The position numbers were made by a program, and so were the translations under genes. The notes beneath the pieces are model-generated. The model ran no database searches. It was given only the letters and a program-made list of their open reading frames with translations, and was not told the DNA's origin. DNA of 64,000 bases from the NCBI GenBank assembly GCA_030524345.1, contig JAUNGP010000007.1, positions 6,104 to 70,103 on the forward strand, given 5' to 3'. Origin of the DNA: Clostridia bacterium (GTDB lineage: Bacteria; Bacillota; Clostridia; TANB77; CAG-465). Positions 60,076-64,000 of this stretch are shown here, piece after piece (the stretch's first letter is position 1; every line of letters begins with the position of its first letter).

Positions 60076-60504
60076 ATGTTTGATAATATAATCAATAATT
60101 TATTTGGAAGTCATAGAAACAATAATAATAATAGAAATGGTTTTTTAAAAAAATTTACTTATTCCAATAGAAGTGGATATAATTTAACATATAAGCTAGT
60201 AAGCTTTGAACAAGCAAAAGAAATGATAGAAAATGAAAGTGTCGTTTTAATAGATGTAAGAAGTGAAAATGAGTATAATATTATGCATCTAAAAAATGCA
60301 ATTAATATCCCAGTAACTGATATTGAAAAAAATATTTTTATATATGAACAAACTAAACCATTAATGGTATATTGTTCTACTGGAACAAGAAGTAAAAATG
60401 CTATTATGAATCTTAATAGATTAGGTTATAATAATATATATATATGGGAATATGCGGCACTGGCTACATTTCCATATAAAAATATGCTTATATATAATAA
60501 GTAA
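60076..60504 (+). CDS. Rhodanese-domain protein with an Asn-rich N-terminal extension
   Basis: VLIDVRS..EY...HLKNAINIP and active-site loop YCSTGTRS. Confidence 0.75.
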   Translation: MFDNIINNLFGSHRNNNNNRNGFLKKFTYSNRSGYNLTYKLVSFEQAKEMIENESVVLIDVRSENEYNIMHLKNAINIPVTDIEKNIFIYEQTKPLMVYCSTGTRSKNAIMNLNRLGYNNIYIWEYAALATFPYKNMLIYNK

Positions 60505-60518
60505 TTTGGAGGTATTTT

Positions 60519-60836
60519 ATGATAAAACATATAAAAGATGAAAGTTTTGAAAAAGAAGTTATTAATAAAAAAGGGGTGTATTTGGTAGATTTTTATGCTA
60601 ATTGGTGTGGTCCTTGTATGATGCTTTCTCCTATATTAGAAGAGATTGGAAATAGTAGAGCGGGTTATAATATATTAAAAATGGATATAGATGAAAACCC
60701 AAGGGTTGCATCAGATCTTAGAATAGATACAATACCGGCTATATGTATATATAAAGATGGGATTTTAGTAGATAAAAAAATAGGATTTAGGGAAAAAGAT
60801 GAAATTTTAGATCTTCTTGAAAAATATAAAGATTAA
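60519..60836 (+). CDS. trxA: Thioredoxin
   Basis: WCGPC active site, ~105 aa. Confidence 0.93.
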   Translation: MIKHIKDESFEKEVINKKGVYLVDFYANWCGPCMMLSPILEEIGNSRAGYNILKMDIDENPRVASDLRIDTIPAICIYKDGILVDKKIGFREKDEILDLLEKYKD

Positions 60837-61108
60837 TATTATATATAAATGCTTTTTATAAGACGTTACTTATATAAAAGGCATTTATTTTTTATAAGAG
60901 GTATTGCTTTAGCATTAGATGATTTATATGTTACTAGTTTTTATATAAATCTTATCAATATCATATTAGATTTTCCAACTAAAATTTGGAAAGCCAATAA
61001 AATAGCCATTCTCTTAAATTTTAAATTTGCTGGAAAAAAATACAGAATATATTGATATATAAGCAATTATATGATATGATTAATTTCAAAATTATTGATA
61101 TTTCGATA

Positions 61109-61661
61109 GTTTAACTTTAACATAAGATGTATTTAAATTTTCTGTTAAATTAAATGAATTGGAAACATCATATAGTTTAACTTTAACATAAGATGTATTT
61201 AAATATTTCTAAATATAAGTCCTTTACTTACACCTGGCAAGTTTAACTTTAACATAAGATGTATTTAAATCTTGATCGTTTTTAACATCACGTTGAAGTA
61301 TTCCGTTTAACTTTAACATAAGATGTATTTAAATGCAATTTTTCTTAACTTTTTTATTGCCTTTTGTGCAAGTTTAACTTTAACATAAGATGTATTTAAA
61401 TTATCCAAAATTCCCCATTGAAGTCTCACAAATTTTTGTTTAACTTTAACATAAGATGTATTTAAATTTTGGAAAGAAACTAAAACTGGTGCAGATGAAA
61501 GGGTTTAACTTTAACATAAGATGTATTTAAATTTGAATCCTAATACATGAGTTGCTTTGTATATTTGTTTAACTTTAACATAAGATGTGTAGAAATGCTA
61601 ATCTTAAAACTAAATGCCAATATGGATGTTAGTTTAATTTTAATCAAAATATATAAAAGTT
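61109..61661 (+). CRISPR. CRISPR array: 30-bp repeat GTTTAACTTTAACATAAGATGTATTTAAAT, 9 repeats (7 identical, the 8th with 3 mismatches, the 9th strongly degenerate), 8 spacers of 34-37 bp
   Basis: Repeats start at 61109, 61175, 61241, 61305, 61372, 61438, 61503, 61567 and 61632. The AT-rich leader-like sequence lies on the left (about 61040-61108). Degenerate repeats sit at the right end, so transcription is inferred left to right. Confidence 0.93.
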
Positions 61662-61880
61662 GATAAAAAATTATAAAAAAATATTTGCTAAATTATTGTA
61701 AACTGAAATCAAAATAAGAATGATAAAAGCAATAAAACGGCTCGAAAAAGTACATTTTTGTAACAAAAATGTAATATAAATAAAATATTATTGTTATTGC
61801 AATTTAAAAAGCGATTCTATATAATGTAATTACATAAAGTTTAGTGAAGTTACTATTATTGTACAAAAGAGGTGTTTTAT

Positions 61881-62744
61881 ATGTTAGAGTTTTGGAAAAA
61901 CGAATGGAAATTATTTTTAGAAGACATGAGTTCTTTTAAAAATGCTTTCGTAAGAATTTTTGGAGGAAAACAAGATTATTTAATGTTACAAGATGGTTCA
62001 GAGGAACCAAAGGTGGAGGCAACTCCACAAGAACAAGCAGAACCAGTAGTGCCTGCTTATGAGCCAGATGGTATAGACCATAAGGTTACAGCATATTTTG
62101 GAGAAAATGTTGACGAACTTAGACAAAATGTAAGTGGTGAAAAAACACAACATGAAGTTTTAAGGGAATATGCACAATTTTTCAAACCATATTGTGAATC
62201 ACAAGAAATGTGTAATAGTGCTTTCAGAAAATATTATGATAGACATGCACTAAAAATTGCAACTGAGGAATTACCAATAGAACAGGCAAGAATCATTCAA
62301 AACAATGTTGATTTATTTATCAAAGGCCAAGAAGTATTCGGAGAAAATGGACAATTTATTGATTCTAGAGTTGATACTATATTTGATAAAGTAGGTATTG
62401 ATCAAGTTAATAAAGTTGTGAATATTTTACATGATAATACTGAAGGTGGGGTAAATACACAAGGTGAGAGATTATTTGCTGAAGTTGTAACATATATGGT
62501 AGATAATGGAATAAAAGTAGAAAAAAATGCATCTGTTGTTGATTCAGTAAAACTTGTTTTAGAAGAAAAATTAAATGAAGTTCATGCTAGTTTAAGAAGT
62601 CATGAGGATTGGAATGATGAGTATCAAGCATTACTTTCTCAAGAAAGAAAATACTTATATGCATTAAACAGAATTGAGCAATATGAAACTGAACAAAGAA
62701 TATCTGAATTTGAAGAAAAATTAAATGATATGGATGCTATGTAA
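61881..62744 (+). CDS. Hypothetical protein (287 aa)
   Basis: Start set at the ATG after AAGAGG. A promoter-like TTGCAA-17-TATAAT lies upstream. No recognisable motif. Confidence 0.5.
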   Translation: MLEFWKNEWKLFLEDMSSFKNAFVRIFGGKQDYLMLQDGSEEPKVEATPQEQAEPVVPAYEPDGIDHKVTAYFGENVDELRQNVSGEKTQHEVLREYAQFFKPYCESQEMCNSAFRKYYDRHALKIATEELPIEQARIIQNNVDLFIKGQEVFGENGQFIDSRVDTIFDKVGIDQVNKVVNILHDNTEGGVNTQGERLFAEVVTYMVDNGIKVEKNASVVDSVKLVLEEKLNEVHASLRSHEDWNDEYQALLSQERKYLYALNRIEQYETEQRISEFEEKLNDMDAM

Positions 62745-62921
62745 TAAAAGTGTATAATTTATTGGAGTCTGTTACTAGAAAAGAATAGTTACAGACTTTT
62801 CTTTATTAAAAAATATGAATAATTTGGTACTTGAAAAATATATATCTATATGTTATAATGATTGCGTAACTTCGTATTTGTGTGGTTATAAGAGAGATAG
62901 AGAGTTAAGGAGAGATTTTTT

Positions 62922-63656
62922 ATGAAATGTATTTTATTATGTGCAGGATATGCAACAAGATTATTCCCTTTAACAGAGAATTTTCCAAAAGCTTTATTAA
63001 ATATAGGGGATAGACCATTACTTGACTATATTCTGGATGAAGTTAATTCATTAGAACAAGTTGATTCAATATATGTAGTAACTAATGCAAAATATACACC
63101 ACATTTTGAAGCTTGGGCTAAAGAAAAAAATAATATAAAACCAATTACTGTGTTAAATGATGGTACAAGCACTAATGATGATAGACTTGGAGCAATAGGT
63201 GATATAGAGTTTACTATTGAAAATGGAAAAATAGATGATGATACTCTAGTAATTGCAGGAGATAATCTATTTACATTTAAACTTAAAGATTTTGTTGAAT
63301 TTCAACAAAGCAAGAATACATCAGCAATTTGTGTAAAGAAAGAGAAATATGAAACTTTAAAAAGATTAGGTGTTGTTGAAACAAATGATGAAATGAAAAT
63401 AGTTGGATTTGAAGAAAAACCAGCTGATCCTAAAGGAAATTATGCAGCAACAGCAGTATATCTATATCAAAAAGCAGATATACCAATGTTCAAACAATAT
63501 ATTGCTGAAGGAAATAATATAGATGCACCTGGAAACTTTGTAGCTTATTTATATAAGAAAAAAGATGTTTATGGATATGCTTTTGATGGTGCATGGTATG
63601 ATGTAGGTACTCATGAAGCTTTAGCAATGGTAAATGAGTTATACAAGAACAAATAA
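62922..63656 (+). CDS. Sugar-phosphate nucleotidyltransferase (NTP_transferase family)
   Basis: N-terminal LLCAGYATRL.PLT...PKALL.I..RPLL. AGDN is present. ~244 aa. Confidence 0.8.
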   Translation: MKCILLCAGYATRLFPLTENFPKALLNIGDRPLLDYILDEVNSLEQVDSIYVVTNAKYTPHFEAWAKEKNNIKPITVLNDGTSTNDDRLGAIGDIEFTIENGKIDDDTLVIAGDNLFTFKLKDFVEFQQSKNTSAICVKKEKYETLKRLGVVETNDEMKIVGFEEKPADPKGNYAATAVYLYQKADIPMFKQYIAEGNNIDAPGNFVAYLYKKKDVYGYAFDGAWYDVGTHEALAMVNELYKNK

Positions 63657-63687
63657 TTAATAATATGCGAAAAGTAGGTAATTAATA

Positions 63688-64000
63688 ATGAGTTTAAGTA
63701 AAATATCACGTAGTATAGTAGTAGCACTGTTTGTAGTAATGATTATATTTTTCAGTTTTATTAATATTAAGATTATGAATAGTAGTATGGAAGTTACAAA
63801 TGTAGTAACTTCCAATATTGCTAAATTGTTGTATGCCATAATTTTGATAGTATTAGTATTAATATATATGTATATAAAAGAAAAACTTTATAAACTAAAA
63901 GTGAAAAGAAAAATATCTTTTATATATAGATATATTTATATTACTCTTGTTATTATTACAACTAGTATACTAGTAATTTATAAATATATAGGGAATTTTT
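63688..64000 (+). CDS. Membrane protein with its 3' end outside the window (absent from the ORF track because no stop is reached)
   Basis: Frame is open from the ATG at 63688 to the window end. Translation MSLSKISRSIVVALFVVMIIFFSF...YAIILIVLVLIYMY...YITLVIIITSILVIY shows three hydrophobic helices. The RBS is weak. Confidence 0.45.
   Translation, partial: MSLSKISRSIVVALFVVMIIFFSFINIKIMNSSMEVTNVVTSNIAKLLYAIILIVLVLIYMYIKEKLYKLKVKRKISFIYRYIYITLVIITTSILVIYKYIGNF

Noticed and set aside
60849-61055. 68-aa track ORF after trxA
   Set aside because: It starts inside the trxA terminator hairpin, spans the AT-rich CRISPR leader and has no RBS.
63657-63839. 60-aa minus-strand ORF at the right edge
   Set aside because: It is antisense to a plus-strand frame that stays open from the ATG at 63688 to the window end and encodes a sensible multi-TM protein.

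Overview
This is an AT-rich stretch (by eye, high-20s % GC; not computed) of chromosomal backbone from an endospore-forming Firmicute, most likely a Clostridia-class organism. It carries many sporulation genes: spoIIAA/AB, spoIIM, spoIIP, gpr, spoVAC/AD/AE, yunB, a SipL-like DUF3794+LysM gene and CotF-like genes. About 65 genes are densely packed.

Main content, left to right:
- A 5'-truncated giant surface adhesin (more than 2,100 aa), with a thioester head, 20 tandem CnaB/SpaA-like domains and an LPQTG anchor.
- tsaC, then the distal ribosomal 'alpha' cluster (adk-map-[insert]-infA-rpmJ-rpsM-rpsK-rpsD-rpoA-rplQ).
- tmcAL, rnhA, spoIIM, xerD, a class B sortase, spoIIAA-spoIIAB (no sigF), hslO, rluD/rluB, rpsU, ctp, veg and a sporulation cluster.
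- A MarR plus fused MacB-type ABC pair.
- A small accessory patch: a G/C-richer orphan gene and a DUF4143 AAA ATPase cassette bracketed by ~48-bp direct repeats.
- rplM-rpsI (inverted), an HD-EAL protein, recA (LexA box)-recX-deoD-scpA, and groES/groEL with a perfect CIRCE element.
- mrnC, spoVAC/AD/AE, spoIIP, topA, trmFO, holA, gpr, a Ca-type P-type ATPase and rhodanese-trxA.
- An orphan 9-repeat CRISPR array with a type I-B-like repeat and no cas genes in the window.
- A sugar nucleotidyltransferase.

No tRNA, rRNA, transposase, integrase (other than xerD) or phage structural genes were recognised. I found no clear multi-gene novel system.

The most unusual items are:
- the adhesin architecture and its higher-order repeats;
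- the sigF-less spoIIA locus;
- the repeat-bracketed ATPase cassette;
- the cas-less CRISPR array;
- several gene-less but promoter- or terminator-equipped intergenic regions;
- widespread breakage of normally conserved operon synteny.
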